Source of the DNA: Candidatus Baldrarchaeota archaeon
GTDB taxonomy: Archaea > Asgardarchaeota > Baldrarchaeia > Baldrarchaeales > DXJG01
Length of the DNA stretch: 32,000 nt
NCBI GenBank assembly: GCA_019056805.1
Contig: DXJG01000002.1
Span: 463,103 to 495,102 of the forward strand
Direction of reading: 5' to 3'
The notes beneath the pieces are model-generated. The model did not search any database and was not told where the DNA came from. It saw only the letters and a list, made by a program, of their open reading frames with translations. This document shows, one piece after another, positions 1-9,893 of the stretch. How positions within the stretch are numbered: the stretch's first letter is position 1; each line of letters opens with the position of its first letter. The position numbers and the translations under genes were made by a program.

Positions 1-491
1 CTATAAACTCCTGCATGGACTAAAGGAATGTTAAGCTTTACACACGCTTCATTTAAAATGTACCTCGTTCTAAAGTTATCAAGGGCATCAATTACAACAT
101 CTGTTCCTCTAATAAACTCTATAATGTTATTTCTATTAATTTCTTCCTTTATTGTTTCAACTTTTACATTTTTGTTCAACTTTTGTATTTTTTTCTTTGC
201 AGACTCTACCTTGAGTAATCCTATGTCTTGGTCCCAGTGAAGAATTTGTCTATTCAAATTACTTAACTCAACAACATCCTTATCTATGAGAACAAGTTCT
301 CCTACACCAGCAACAGCAAGATATATAGCTGCCGGAGATCCCAGCCCACCAACACCAACCACAGCAACTCTTGAAGCTTTCAGCCGTTTTTGCCCCTCAA
401 CTCCCCATCCCTTAATTATAAGTTGTCTATCGTATCTTTCAATTTCCTCTTTAACCAATTCTAATTTTAGATTCTTAATGTTCCCACTCAT
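1..491 (-). CDS. ThiF/MoeB/UbaA-family E1-like adenylyltransferase (3' end truncated by window edge; not in ORF track)
   Basis: Manual translation from ATG at 491: MSGNIKNLKLELVKEEIERYDRQLIIKGWGVEGQKRLKASRVAVVGVGGLGSPAAIYLAVAGVGELVLIDKDVVELSNLNRQILH...DALDNFRTRYILNEACVKLNIPLVHAGVY. Shows the RYDRQ, GxGGLG, SNLNRQ and DxLDN family motifs, with a GGTGA SD-like sequence upstream. Confidence 0.93.
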   Translation of the reverse strand, partial: MSGNIKNLKLELVKEEIERYDRQLIIKGWGVEGQKRLKASRVAVVGVGGLGSPAAIYLAVAGVGELVLIDKDVVELSNLNRQILHWDQDIGLLKVESAKKKIQKLNKNVKVETIKEEINRNNIIEFIRGTDVVIDALDNFRTRYILNEACVKLNIPLVHAGVY

Positions 492-734
492 TCATATCAC
501 CATAAATATCTAAAACTGTACTTTCAGCTTGAATTTTTTCTCAAAATTCTAGTACTATTTTAAGGAAAAATAATAGCTCACTTTCGATTTAAAGTTTCAG
601 TAGTAAATAAAATAGCTTATAAATTCATTTATTCTTTTACATTATCAGCTAATTGAAGTAAGTTTTAAATATTCTATGTGCATGCTTATTTAGAAGGCTT
701 TTACGGTTGGAGGTAGGTGATATGTGGAGGAATA

Positions 735-968
735 ATGTTTGCAAGGAAAATCTATAACGCTCCCCCGTCAGCAAAATACATATATCGACTTTTAGAACTT
801 ATTGGACCCATGAGCAGGACTGAAATCGAGGAAGAAAGCCTTTTACCACCTAGAACTGTTGGTTATGCTCTTAGAATACTGCTTGAAAAAAGACTAATTA
901 TAAAAACAAGAAATCCGAGAGATAAAAGAAAAATAATATATAAAATAAGTGGTTTGGCAGTTTTTTAG
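735..968 (+). CDS. Small winged helix-turn-helix protein (MarR/ArsR-like)
   Basis: PPSAKYIYRLLELIGPMSRTEIEEESLLPPRTVGYALRILLEKRLI...RDKRKIIY fits a wHTH pattern with a D.R wing motif. ATG at 735 follows GGAGG; the ORF track starts it at 717. Confidence 0.75.
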   Translation: MFARKIYNAPPSAKYIYRLLELIGPMSRTEIEEESLLPPRTVGYALRILLEKRLIIKTRNPRDKRKIIYKISGLAVF

Positions 969-975
969 TATAATT

Positions 976-1635
976 TTACTGTGTTTCTGAAGTTCCCATC
1001 TCTATTATTTTTTCTATTAATTCTTTTTCTTTTGGCACACCTATACTGAAAACTTTTCCTTGATATGGTTCTGTAGATAATATAACTGTTGGAACTGCCA
1101 TTACCTCAAATTTTTCAGCTATTTCTGGGAATTCATGAGCCTCAATTACATCAGATATAACCTTACCATTACTAGCTATAGCTATTTTATTAGCTATTAA
1201 AACCGCATAAGGACAATAGGGACAAGCTGGTGTGATAATGGTCTCAATTCTAATAGATTTTTCCAAGTTTCTAAGTTTCTCCAAATATTCCTCCGATATC
1301 TGTACATCTCTAGTAGACATAGTTACTATAGTTTCAAGTAACGCCCATCCTTCTTGACCAAGTGGAGCACCTGTGTATCTTACTTCCCCGTTGTCACCTA
1401 TTAATATAATTGGTAACCTTTCAACGTCAAACATCTTCTTTATTTCTTCCTTATCCTCCACTTCTTTAATTTCTAAGCTTATTTTCCCCCTTGATAATTC
1501 CACCAAAGTTTTTAGCAACTCTTCGGTCGGTTCACATAATTCACAATCTTTACCACTGTACAAAGTTATTTTGACGACATTAACCATTTTCTGTAATTTT
1601 TCTTCTATTACTTTTTTATCTTTTTCAGATATCAG
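976..1635 (-). CDS. Protein disulfide oxidoreductase (PDO; glutaredoxin-like, two thioredoxin folds)
   Basis: Two CxxC motifs (CELC, CPYC), plus GAPLGQE and VMAVP motifs. The frame continues upstream of the track's ATG at 1587 as LISEKDKKVIEEKLQK, which resembles the usual PDO N-terminus; probable start is CTG at 1635. Confidence 0.88.
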   Translation of the reverse strand: MISEKDKKVIEEKLQKMVNVVKITLYSGKDCELCEPTEELLKTLVELSRGKISLEIKEVEDKEEIKKMFDVERLPIILIGDNGEVRYTGAPLGQEGWALLETIVTMSTRDVQISEEYLEKLRNLEKSIRIETIITPACPYCPYAVLIANKIAIASNGKVISDVIEAHEFPEIAEKFEVMAVPTVILSTEPYQGKVFSIGVPKEKELIEKIIEMGTSETQ

Positions 1636-1959
1636 TTTCTTCTCCTCCTACTGCATATAAAAGAATCTATCTTACTAATATTTTTATCACTTTCACTCCT
1701 TGTATTTGATATTGGACACCAAGGTTTCGGTAACAGTTTACAGTTACATATTTAAGTTAATCGATCTGACATAATAGACCAACAAATATTAAAAGACAAA
1801 TTAAGTTCCCTGCACGTGTAAATTAAAACACTCATATTCAACGTTATGAGTAATATCCCTATAATTGTAAGTTAAATTAAAATGAATAAGTTTACAGACG
1901 TTTAACCGGAGGATAATCTAAGATTTTTGTTCAGGTTTAAATTATGAGGAGGAACCGAA

Positions 1960-3987
1960 TTGTCCTTTGAACTAAAAGATAGAGATGCCCTTGGTAGAAT
2001 TGGTATTTTAGAAACTAAACATGGAAAAGTAGAAACTCCTGTGTTAATGCCAGTTATAAACCCAAAAATCCAAACGATAACAATTAAAAAGCTTGTAGAA
2101 AATTTTAAAGCTAAAATGCTTATAACAAACAGCTACATAATCTATAAAGACCCTAAACTACGAGAAACTGCCTTAAATAAAGGAGTTCATAGATTACTTG
2201 AATTTAATGGCCCTTTGATGACTGATAGCGGGTCTTTTCAACTCTACATGTACGGAGATGTTCAAGTCGATCCTATTGAAATTGTCATGTTTCAAAGAGA
2301 CATTGGAAGCGATATAGGAGTTATTTTAGATATTTTTAGAGAGCCAGATGTTCCAAGGGAACAAGTTAAAGCTGACATTGAAGAAACACTGAGAAGAGCG
2401 AAACTATCAATTAAAGAAAAGGGAGATATGCTTTTAGCGGTTACCGTGCAAGGAGGGAAATATTTAGAGTTAAGGGAATGGTGTGCAAAAGAAATGGCAA
2501 AACTTGATGCTGATATCTATCCAATTGGTGGAGTAGTTCCACTTATGGAAAATTACCGTTTCAGAGAACTAGTTGAGGTCATTATGACTGTTAAACAACA
2601 CTTACCTCCAAGTAAACCTATCCATCTTTTTGGCTGCGGGCATCCTATGCTCTTTGCTTTAGCAGTGCTATTAGGCTGCGACATGTTTGACTCAGCTTCA
2701 TATTCAAAATATGCTATGGATAACCGCTTAATGTTTCCCACTGGTACACATCACCTAGATAACCTAGAGTATTTACCATGCAGTTGTCCCATATGTACAA
2801 AATATGATGTATCAGATCTAAGAGAGATGTCTAAAGAAGAAAGAATAGAGAAACTTGCTGAACACAACTTATATGTCAGCTTCGAAGAAATAAGAAGAAT
2901 TAAACAAGCAATCAGAGAAGGTAACCTTTGGGAACTTGTTGAAATGCGAATAAGAAATCACCCAAATCTTTTAGATGCTTATAGAACTCTTAAAAAATAC
3001 GTGGACATTTTCGAACGATACGATCCTATTTTTAAGAGATCTGCCTTCTTTTACACTGGTTCCGAATCTTTGAATAGATCTGAGCCATATAGATACACTA
3101 AAAGATTAATAGAAAGGTATACCCGTCCACAACAAGCTTCAATTTTGTTACTTCTACCCGATAAAGGTGCTAAGCCATATACGAAATACTATGGAAATTT
3201 GCTTCGTAAAATTTCCGAAAAAAAGCTTACTCATATTCATGTAGCTTTTCTAACAGTTTTTGGAGTTGTTCCAATTGAGTTAGAGGAAATATATCCAATT
3301 CAGCAAAGTGTTACACCAACAATTCTCGACAAAGATACTATTTCCTATGTTAAGACATGTGTAGAGGAATATATAGCAAAAAATATCTATGACCAAGTTT
3401 TTTATCTTAAAGGTGAAAATGACTTTGACCTTGCCATCAAAAAATGTTCTGATAAGCTTAAGATCAACATTTTAGATGATATTAGCAGTCTTTTAGAAAG
3501 TGTCAGCAAGTTTTCATCTAGTGGAAGGAATGAGGTTTTAGAAAAGTTACAACGCGTTGCGGATTATCAATTTGGAAAAGGTGCCGGTAAAATACTGTTC
3601 AAAGAGGGGGAAATTTCATGGAAACGTTCAAAAGAAACTGGAAAAATAAGATATATCTACAGAGACAACCAACTTTTATTATCCCTCATACCAAGTTCTG
3701 GACTATTCACTCTAACAATTAAAGCAGCCAAAATATTATTAGAACATTTCAAAACACCTAGATTAAGAGTTATAGTTAATGAGGACGCCGAACCTTTTAT
3801 TAAAAGGGGACGCAGTGTTTTCTCAAAATTTGTAGTTGATAATGATCCCGAAATAAGGCCTGGTGATGAAGTAATTATTGTAAACAAAAAAGATGAGATT
3901 TTAGCGGTTGGAAGGGCGGTTCTTGCCGGCGTTGAGCTTTTATCCTTTAGAAGGGGGGTTGCTGTAAAGACGAGAAAAAGTGTGTAG
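1960..3987 (+). CDS. tgtA: Archaeosine tRNA-guanine(15) transglycosylase with C-terminal PUA domain
   Basis: VETPVLMPVINP, MTDSGSFQ, HLFGCGHP, FDSASY, the Zn-binding CSCPIC...HN motif, and a C-terminal PUA (IRPGDEVIIV...AVGRA). TTG start after GAGGAGG. Confidence 0.95.
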   Translation: MSFELKDRDALGRIGILETKHGKVETPVLMPVINPKIQTITIKKLVENFKAKMLITNSYIIYKDPKLRETALNKGVHRLLEFNGPLMTDSGSFQLYMYGDVQVDPIEIVMFQRDIGSDIGVILDIFREPDVPREQVKADIEETLRRAKLSIKEKGDMLLAVTVQGGKYLELREWCAKEMAKLDADIYPIGGVVPLMENYRFRELVEVIMTVKQHLPPSKPIHLFGCGHPMLFALAVLLGCDMFDSASYSKYAMDNRLMFPTGTHHLDNLEYLPCSCPICTKYDVSDLREMSKEERIEKLAEHNLYVSFEEIRRIKQAIREGNLWELVEMRIRNHPNLLDAYRTLKKYVDIFERYDPIFKRSAFFYTGSESLNRSEPYRYTKRLIERYTRPQQASILLLLPDKGAKPYTKYYGNLLRKISEKKLTHIHVAFLTVFGVVPIELEEIYPIQQSVTPTILDKDTISYVKTCVEEYIAKNIYDQVFYLKGENDFDLAIKKCSDKLKINILDDISSLLESVSKFSSSGRNEVLEKLQRVADYQFGKGAGKILFKEGEISWKRSKETGKIRYIYRDNQLLLSLIPSSGLFTLTIKAAKILLEHFKTPRLRVIVNEDAEPFIKRGRSVFSKFVVDNDPEIRPGDEVIIVNKKDEILAVGRAVLAGVELLSFRRGVAVKTRKSV

Positions 3988-4205
3988 AATGGCTTTATTT
4001 AGTTTTTCTAAAATGTTTTTATGGTTGTTTTCAGCGTAGTAGTAATGTTTTGTCATTTGTTTCCTATAATCTTGCTATGGAAAGATTTTTATACGAAAAA
4101 GTCCATAAAATCCTTTGTAGTAATATCAGATACAACAAAAGAAAAAATGATTAATAAACTATTCACAATTAAATATATATTTGTAGGAAGTAACTTACTG
4201 AGTAT

Positions 4206-5045
4206 TTGAATGAAGGGGCAACAAAATTGACAAACAGAAGCTTCTTATTTAAAATAGTACTTGTGGGCAACGGTGGCGTTGGAAAAACAACACTGCGTAG
4301 AAGGTGGATGGGGGAAGGTTTCACTACCTCATACATCTTGACCGTGGGCGCTGACTTCGCTGTAAAAACTCTCAACACGCCAAATGGACATGAAGTCAAA
4401 TTCCAAATCTGGGACTTAGGTGGACAACCTCATTTTAAAGAGGTAAGAAAAACCTTTTATGCTGGTACAGCTGGTGCACTTGTCGTTTATGACGTTACAG
4501 ACAGAAAAAGTTATGCTGACATTTTTGGCTGGATTGAAGAAATGCTAAAAAACATAAATAAAAAGATTCCCATTGTCTTAGTTGGAAATAAAATAGACTT
4601 ACGAGATAATGCCTCCGAAGCAATATCTACAGAAGAGGGAAATAAACTTAGAAAAGAGATAATAGAAAAATACGGCTTAAAAGTCTTATTTATTGAAACA
4701 TCCGCAAAAACAGGTGAAAACGTAGATAAAGCATTTCAAAACATGGCAAAGCTACTACTACACGAACTAGGAGTAGTAGAAATCGAGGAAGAAGAAATAC
4801 CTGAAATCGTACCAACCCAAGAAGTAGTGCCAACAGAAACAGTAAAAGAGGCTCCTAGTGTGGCATCACAAGAAACCATAACACAAGCAACTACCGAAGC
4901 CTTTGAGGTAAAAATCGAACCAGAAGAAATTTTAAATGAAATATGTCGAATTTTAGGATTTGAAGAAGAAACATGGCAAAATAATCCCCAAAAAATTATG
5001 GAAAAACTAAAGGAACTGGTAAATAAAATGGAAAAATTAGACTAA
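4206..5045 (+). CDS. Rab-like small GTPase with a long acidic linker and C-terminal helical extension
   Basis: G1 GNGGVGKTT, G2 TVGADF, G3 WDLGGQ, G4 NKID, G5 ETSAK; Rab-like segments KFQIW, FYAG and LVVYDVT; about 90-aa C-terminal tail. Confidence 0.92.
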   Translation: MNEGATKLTNRSFLFKIVLVGNGGVGKTTLRRRWMGEGFTTSYILTVGADFAVKTLNTPNGHEVKFQIWDLGGQPHFKEVRKTFYAGTAGALVVYDVTDRKSYADIFGWIEEMLKNINKKIPIVLVGNKIDLRDNASEAISTEEGNKLRKEIIEKYGLKVLFIETSAKTGENVDKAFQNMAKLLLHELGVVEIEEEEIPEIVPTQEVVPTETVKEAPSVASQETITQATTEAFEVKIEPEEILNEICRILGFEEETWQNNPQKIMEKLKELVNKMEKLD

Positions 5046-5333
5046 CAAGTTTAAGTTAATACTTAAACATATTTTTATCCATACCAAGATAACTTGTCGC
5101 TATTTACATCTTAATGAATATCAGAGATAAATCTCTCCGTCAATTAAAAGAATTACACAGACATAGAAACACCTATATATTTAATTGAAAGCTAAGTTAG
5201 AAAATAGAATCAAGATACGTACTAGATTGCAAATGTTAGAATCTAAAGGATGATATCCATAACTCAAATTAATATGTTCAAACAATCTATGGCACATTAT
5301 TTTCACCATTACAAAGAAGTTGGTGGAAAACTC

Positions 5334-8066
5334 ATGAACATCGAAAATCCCCATACAATGAAGGTTGAAGAAATTCTTAAAGCATTAAAAACAACCCCCA
5401 AAGGATTAAGTGAAGAAGAAGCTAAAAAACGCTTAAAACAGTATGGTCCCAACGAACTTGTAGCAGCCAAAAAAATATATCCACTAAAAATATTTTTAGA
5501 ACAGTTTAAAGACGTACTAGTCATTATCCTTCTAATAGCCACTGTAGTTTCAATGCTAATTGGCGAATTTCTCGATGCCTCAGTTATAATGGCCATAGTT
5601 TTTGCTTGTGTCTTATTAGGTTTTACTCAAGAATATCGAGCTGAAAAAGCCCTAGAAGCTTTAAAGAAACTCGCGGCACCTACTGCCAGAGTACTAAGAA
5701 ATGGAAGAATATTGGAAATACCTGCAAGAGAAGTTGTACCAGGCGACATTATTCTGATAGAAGCAGGTGATCGTATACCTGCTGATGCAAGGCTTATCGA
5801 AGCTATAGATCTTCACGTTGATGAAGCTGTTCTAACAGGAGAATCAGTACCAGTATCAAAAACCATTGAACCATTACCAGACCCTAAAATACCAGTAGCA
5901 GATAGAAAAAACATGGTTTTCATGGGAACCCATGCCACCTACGGTAGAGGAAAAGCTGTTGTTTCCTCTACAGGAATGAACACGGAATTTGGAAAAATCG
6001 CTGGTATGCTTCAATACGTCGAAGAAGAAAAAACCCCACTACAAGAGAGATTGGAACATGTTGGAAAATGGCTCGGAATCCTATGTCTAGTTGTATGTTT
6101 CGCAGTCGCAGCTCTAGGAATACTTAGAGGACATGACATATTAGAAATGTTTATTTGGGGTGTTAGCCTAGCTGTTGCAGCAGTTCCAGAAGCCCTTCCA
6201 GCCGTTGTCACTATTTCTCTTGCCGTCGGTGTTCAACGTATGGTTAAACGTAACGCCATTGTTAGAAAACTTTATGCTGTAGAAACACTCGGCTGCGTCA
6301 ATGTTATTTGTTCCGATAAAACAGGAACTATTACAAAGAATGAAATGACCGTACGTGAAATATACATTGACAATAAAATCATTAAAGTTACAGGTTCTGG
6401 TTTCGATATCAAAGGAGAATTTTATGATGGAAATAACAAAATAAATCCACAAAATATGGAAAGTTTATCATTAATTTTGCGAATTGGAGCATTATGTAAC
6501 AATGCTCAGCTAGAAAGCAAAAGCGAAAGCACAAATATTGTAGGTGATCCTACCGAAGTAGCATTACTGGTTTCTGCGGTCAAGGCAGGGATAGATCTTG
6601 AAGAATTAAATAAAAATTATTCACGAATTGGAGAGATACCCTTTGATTCCAATCGAAAATGTATGACCACGATTCATAGAACACCTGAAGGTGAAAAAGT
6701 TGCATATGTTAAGGGAGCTCCAGAAGTTATTCTTCAAAAATGCTCATACATTTACTCAAACGGTGAAATAGCGAAACTTACCGAAGAGAAACGTCAAGAA
6801 CTTTTAGAAATAACACAAAAAATGGCTAGCAACGCTCTCCGTGTTCTCGCGATGGCCTATAAAAAACTGAATGGAGTAGAAACTTATAGTGCAGAGGAGG
6901 TTGAAAAAGACTTAATCTTTGTTGGACTGCAAGGAATGATCGATCCTCCAAGAGATGAAGTTATACCAGCTATGGAATTATGTAAAAAAGCTGGTATAAG
7001 AGTAATTATGATTACTGGAGATCACAAACTCACAGCTGTTGCTGTTGCCAAAGAAATAGGCCTACTAGATGAAACAACAGGAGATAAACACGTCCTAACT
7101 GGTGCCGAACTCGACTCAATGAGCGACGAAGAATTCGAGAAAGTTGTCGATGAAGTTTCTGTCTATGCAAGAGTTTCGCCAGAACATAAAGTACGAATAG
7201 TTAATGCCTTGAAAAAGAAAGGTTACGTCGTTGCAATGACCGGAGATGGAGTGAACGACGCCCCAGCTGTAAAAAGAGCCGATGTGGGAATCGCCATGGG
7301 TATTAAAGGCACCGATGTAACCAAAGAAGCATCTGAAATGATACTTGCAGATGACAACTTTGCCACCATAGTAGCAGCTGTTGAAGAAGGCAGAGGAATT
7401 TATGACAATATTAAGAAATACTTAATGTTTCTTCTCTCATGTAACGTTGGAGAAATATTACTCATGTTTGTAGCCAGCTTAATCGGACTACCCCTTCCAT
7501 TACTCGCTATACACATTTTACTTATCAATTTAACCACTGATGGGCTACCAGCCATAGCTCTAAGCGTAGATCCACCGGATCCAGATATAATGAAGAGACC
7601 CCCACGAGATCCCAAAGAAAGCGTATTTACACCGAGAATAAAAGGAATAATCGGTACAGGCGGATCGTTAATGGCTATCATCGGAATTCCTCTCTTCGCT
7701 TGGGTATACTTTAGAATGCTCAGTATATCTTCACCCGAATTTGCATTAACCTACGCTCAAACCATGCTCTTCTGGTGGATGACCTTATTTGAAATGTTTA
7801 GAGCATTTCCATGCAGATCTGAGAGAAAAACAAGCTTTGAGTTAGGGTTTACAACAAACAAATACCTACTTTACGGCATACTTTCCTCAATAATCATAAC
7901 ATTACTAATAATTTACGTTCCAGCACTTCAACCATTATTCAAAACAACCCCATTATACTTTAGTGACGTATTACTGGCAGTAGCACTTAGCATCAGTAGC
8001 TTGATAGTGATAGACCTAGGGAAAACGATAGCAAACAAGGGATGGTTAAAACTGCGGCTCAAATAA
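5334..8066 (+). CDS. P-type ATPase, type IIA (Ca2+-transporting-like)
   Basis: TGES, PEALP, CSDKTGT, KGAPE, MITGD, TGDGVNDAPA and INLTTDGLPAIAL motifs. Start more likely ATG 5334 (MNIENPH) than 5250. Confidence 0.93.
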   Translation: MNIENPHTMKVEEILKALKTTPKGLSEEEAKKRLKQYGPNELVAAKKIYPLKIFLEQFKDVLVIILLIATVVSMLIGEFLDASVIMAIVFACVLLGFTQEYRAEKALEALKKLAAPTARVLRNGRILEIPAREVVPGDIILIEAGDRIPADARLIEAIDLHVDEAVLTGESVPVSKTIEPLPDPKIPVADRKNMVFMGTHATYGRGKAVVSSTGMNTEFGKIAGMLQYVEEEKTPLQERLEHVGKWLGILCLVVCFAVAALGILRGHDILEMFIWGVSLAVAAVPEALPAVVTISLAVGVQRMVKRNAIVRKLYAVETLGCVNVICSDKTGTITKNEMTVREIYIDNKIIKVTGSGFDIKGEFYDGNNKINPQNMESLSLILRIGALCNNAQLESKSESTNIVGDPTEVALLVSAVKAGIDLEELNKNYSRIGEIPFDSNRKCMTTIHRTPEGEKVAYVKGAPEVILQKCSYIYSNGEIAKLTEEKRQELLEITQKMASNALRVLAMAYKKLNGVETYSAEEVEKDLIFVGLQGMIDPPRDEVIPAMELCKKAGIRVIMITGDHKLTAVAVAKEIGLLDETTGDKHVLTGAELDSMSDEEFEKVVDEVSVYARVSPEHKVRIVNALKKKGYVVAMTGDGVNDAPAVKRADVGIAMGIKGTDVTKEASEMILADDNFATIVAAVEEGRGIYDNIKKYLMFLLSCNVGEILLMFVASLIGLPLPLLAIHILLINLTTDGLPAIALSVDPPDPDIMKRPPRDPKESVFTPRIKGIIGTGGSLMAIIGIPLFAWVYFRMLSISSPEFALTYAQTMLFWWMTLFEMFRAFPCRSERKTSFELGFTTNKYLLYGILSSIIITLLIIYVPALQPLFKTTPLYFSDVLLAVALSISSLIVIDLGKTIANKGWLKLRLK

Positions 8067-8096
8067 CATACTTTTATATTTTTTTCTCATAGTTTA

Positions 8097-8912
8097 ATGA
8101 AGGGGATAATTATGCAAATCACACAACAGATTTTAGATTATCTTAGAAATATATGGAATTACTTAATTACAGCTTCAGGCTACGTAGCCTTGGGCATTAG
8201 AATCGTAGTAATTCTCATAATCGTAGTAATTGTTGAGAGACTTGTTACAAGATATATGCGTAGACTAGGACGCCGCCTAGAACTTGGTCCTGATATCACA
8301 AATGGACTTGTTGTTACCGCAAGGTTTTTCGTGATTTTAGGTGGTGTGGTAGCCCTAATGGAAGTTGGAGGGTTGCCTTCTGACTGGTTTGTCGCATTTG
8401 GTGCACTGGGTGGCGCAGCTATAGGTTTCGCATCAACAAGAACTATAGGTAACTTTATGGCAGGTCTTTATATTCTCGCCAGTAGACCCTTCCACGTAAA
8501 CGATTACGTTATTATCAAAGGCATTGAAGGAATAGTGAAAGAAATAACAATAAATTATACCAAAATATTAACAGCAGACTATAAAACAGTCTTAATTTCA
8601 AACCAAGAAGTTCTAAGCGCAAATATTATACGTTTCTCTCCCAAAGAAGGAGAATATTGCTACACGCTAGAAGCTTCTTTTGATCATTCTTTAACGGAAA
8701 AAGAACTAGAAGCAATCTTTGATAAAGTCATAGAACAATTTACCGAAAAAACAACTAAAAAACCAGAATATGCGATGATTGGCTTAAACAGATTAGAAAG
8801 AAAATACAGGTTTTTCCTCTACTTTAAAAATCCAGAAGATCTATTCACTGTACCCTCCGAGTTTTTGGCAGCAATAACCGAGGCATGGGATAAAGCCAGA
8901 ACGACAAGATAA
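8097..8912 (+). CDS. mscS: MscS-family small-conductance mechanosensitive channel
   Basis: Three TM segments with a Gly/Ala-rich TM3 (FGALGGAAIGFA), then NFMAGLYILASRPFHVNDYV and GIVKEITINYTKI. Confidence 0.85.
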   Translation: MKGIIMQITQQILDYLRNIWNYLITASGYVALGIRIVVILIIVVIVERLVTRYMRRLGRRLELGPDITNGLVVTARFFVILGGVVALMEVGGLPSDWFVAFGALGGAAIGFASTRTIGNFMAGLYILASRPFHVNDYVIIKGIEGIVKEITINYTKILTADYKTVLISNQEVLSANIIRFSPKEGEYCYTLEASFDHSLTEKELEAIFDKVIEQFTEKTTKKPEYAMIGLNRLERKYRFFLYFKNPEDLFTVPSEFLAAITEAWDKARTTR

Positions 8913-8969
8913 ATTAATTAACAAAAACAGGATTGAATATCTCCTTTTCTTTTTCGATTAAATTCCGTC

Positions 8970-9794
8970 TTAATATTTGTCACTAGCTATTTTCTGTGAT
9001 TTAAAATAGTAAAACACTGCCAAGGTAACTAATAAAGCTATAGTTAACCCTATAAAACTTCCTTCAGGTCCGAACGCACCTCCAGTCAACCATGCTGGTC
9101 CCTCAACTTTCGTTAAAAATAATCCTTCTATTTCACGGCCACTTACTGGGAATCCGTAAACAAATCCTTCAAAGTAGTTCCAAGCAAAATGCAAACCTAT
9201 CGGTAGATATAATGATCGTGTCTCAAGATAACATAACCCAAGAAGAACACCCATGGTGCTTATCATCATAAAACCAAGAAAATTTACATTAGGATTAAAA
9301 AAATGCAATATACCGAAGGTAACGGAAGATAAAAAAATCGCATATTTTTCATCTAATGATAAAAGTAAACGTTGAAGAAAATATCCTCGAAATACTGTTT
9401 CCTCTACAAGGGCAACAAGAAAAAATGTCAAAATTCCATATATTAAATAATTCAAATCAATATTGCTGTTTACTTCTATGTAAACAAGCTTTAAACCCCA
9501 TTCTATCAGAAATATGGCAGTTATCATAAATACTCCGATTAAAATACCTAAAATTAGATTAATTACTTCGGTCTTACGCAGTCTCAATCCTAAATCTAAT
9601 ACAGATTTTCGATCAAGAACATTACAAAAAACGTAGCATAGAATAAATGTATAAACTGCCGTAGAAAATTCATAAAGAACAGTGTATGATGTATGATAAA
9701 GGATAATAGAAATCGAAATAACACCAAATATCCAGATTGCTAAAAATTGAAATGCTCGCATAGCTGGGTGATGAATACTATTTTTACCTTTCAA
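8970..9794 (-). CDS. CPBP (CAAX/Abi-type) intramembrane glutamic endopeptidase
   Basis: EETVFRG, FGILH and IGLHFAWN motifs, and a GGAFGPEGS tail in a multi-TM protein. Confidence 0.9.
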   Translation of the reverse strand: MKGKNSIHHPAMRAFQFLAIWIFGVISISIILYHTSYTVLYEFSTAVYTFILCYVFCNVLDRKSVLDLGLRLRKTEVINLILGILIGVFMITAIFLIEWGLKLVYIEVNSNIDLNYLIYGILTFFLVALVEETVFRGYFLQRLLLSLDEKYAIFLSSVTFGILHFFNPNVNFLGFMMISTMGVLLGLCYLETRSLYLPIGLHFAWNYFEGFVYGFPVSGREIEGLFLTKVEGPAWLTGGAFGPEGSFIGLTIALLVTLAVFYYFKSQKIASDKY

Positions 9795-9893
9795 TCGAAT
9801 CCCTCACAACACTAAATTATTAATCAAACGTTTAATTATTTTAAACTTAGGGAGAATTTTATATTGTAAACGCACGATTTAAATGCTGAGTAT

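Noticed and set aside
28-513. Plus-strand ORFs 28-240 and 286-513
   Set aside because: Antisense shadows of the minus-strand ThiF/E1 gene, which has clear family motifs.
3100-3500. Long middle region of TgtA as a possible novel insertion
   Set aside because: FGVVPIELEEIYP matches the usual C-terminal domains of full-length archaeosine TGT.
5250-5333. N-terminal extensions in the ORF track (P-type ATPase from 5250; similarly TrmB from 26543 and flippase from 11768)
   Set aside because: The extensions have non-coding-like composition, and downstream ATGs match where the family homology begins.
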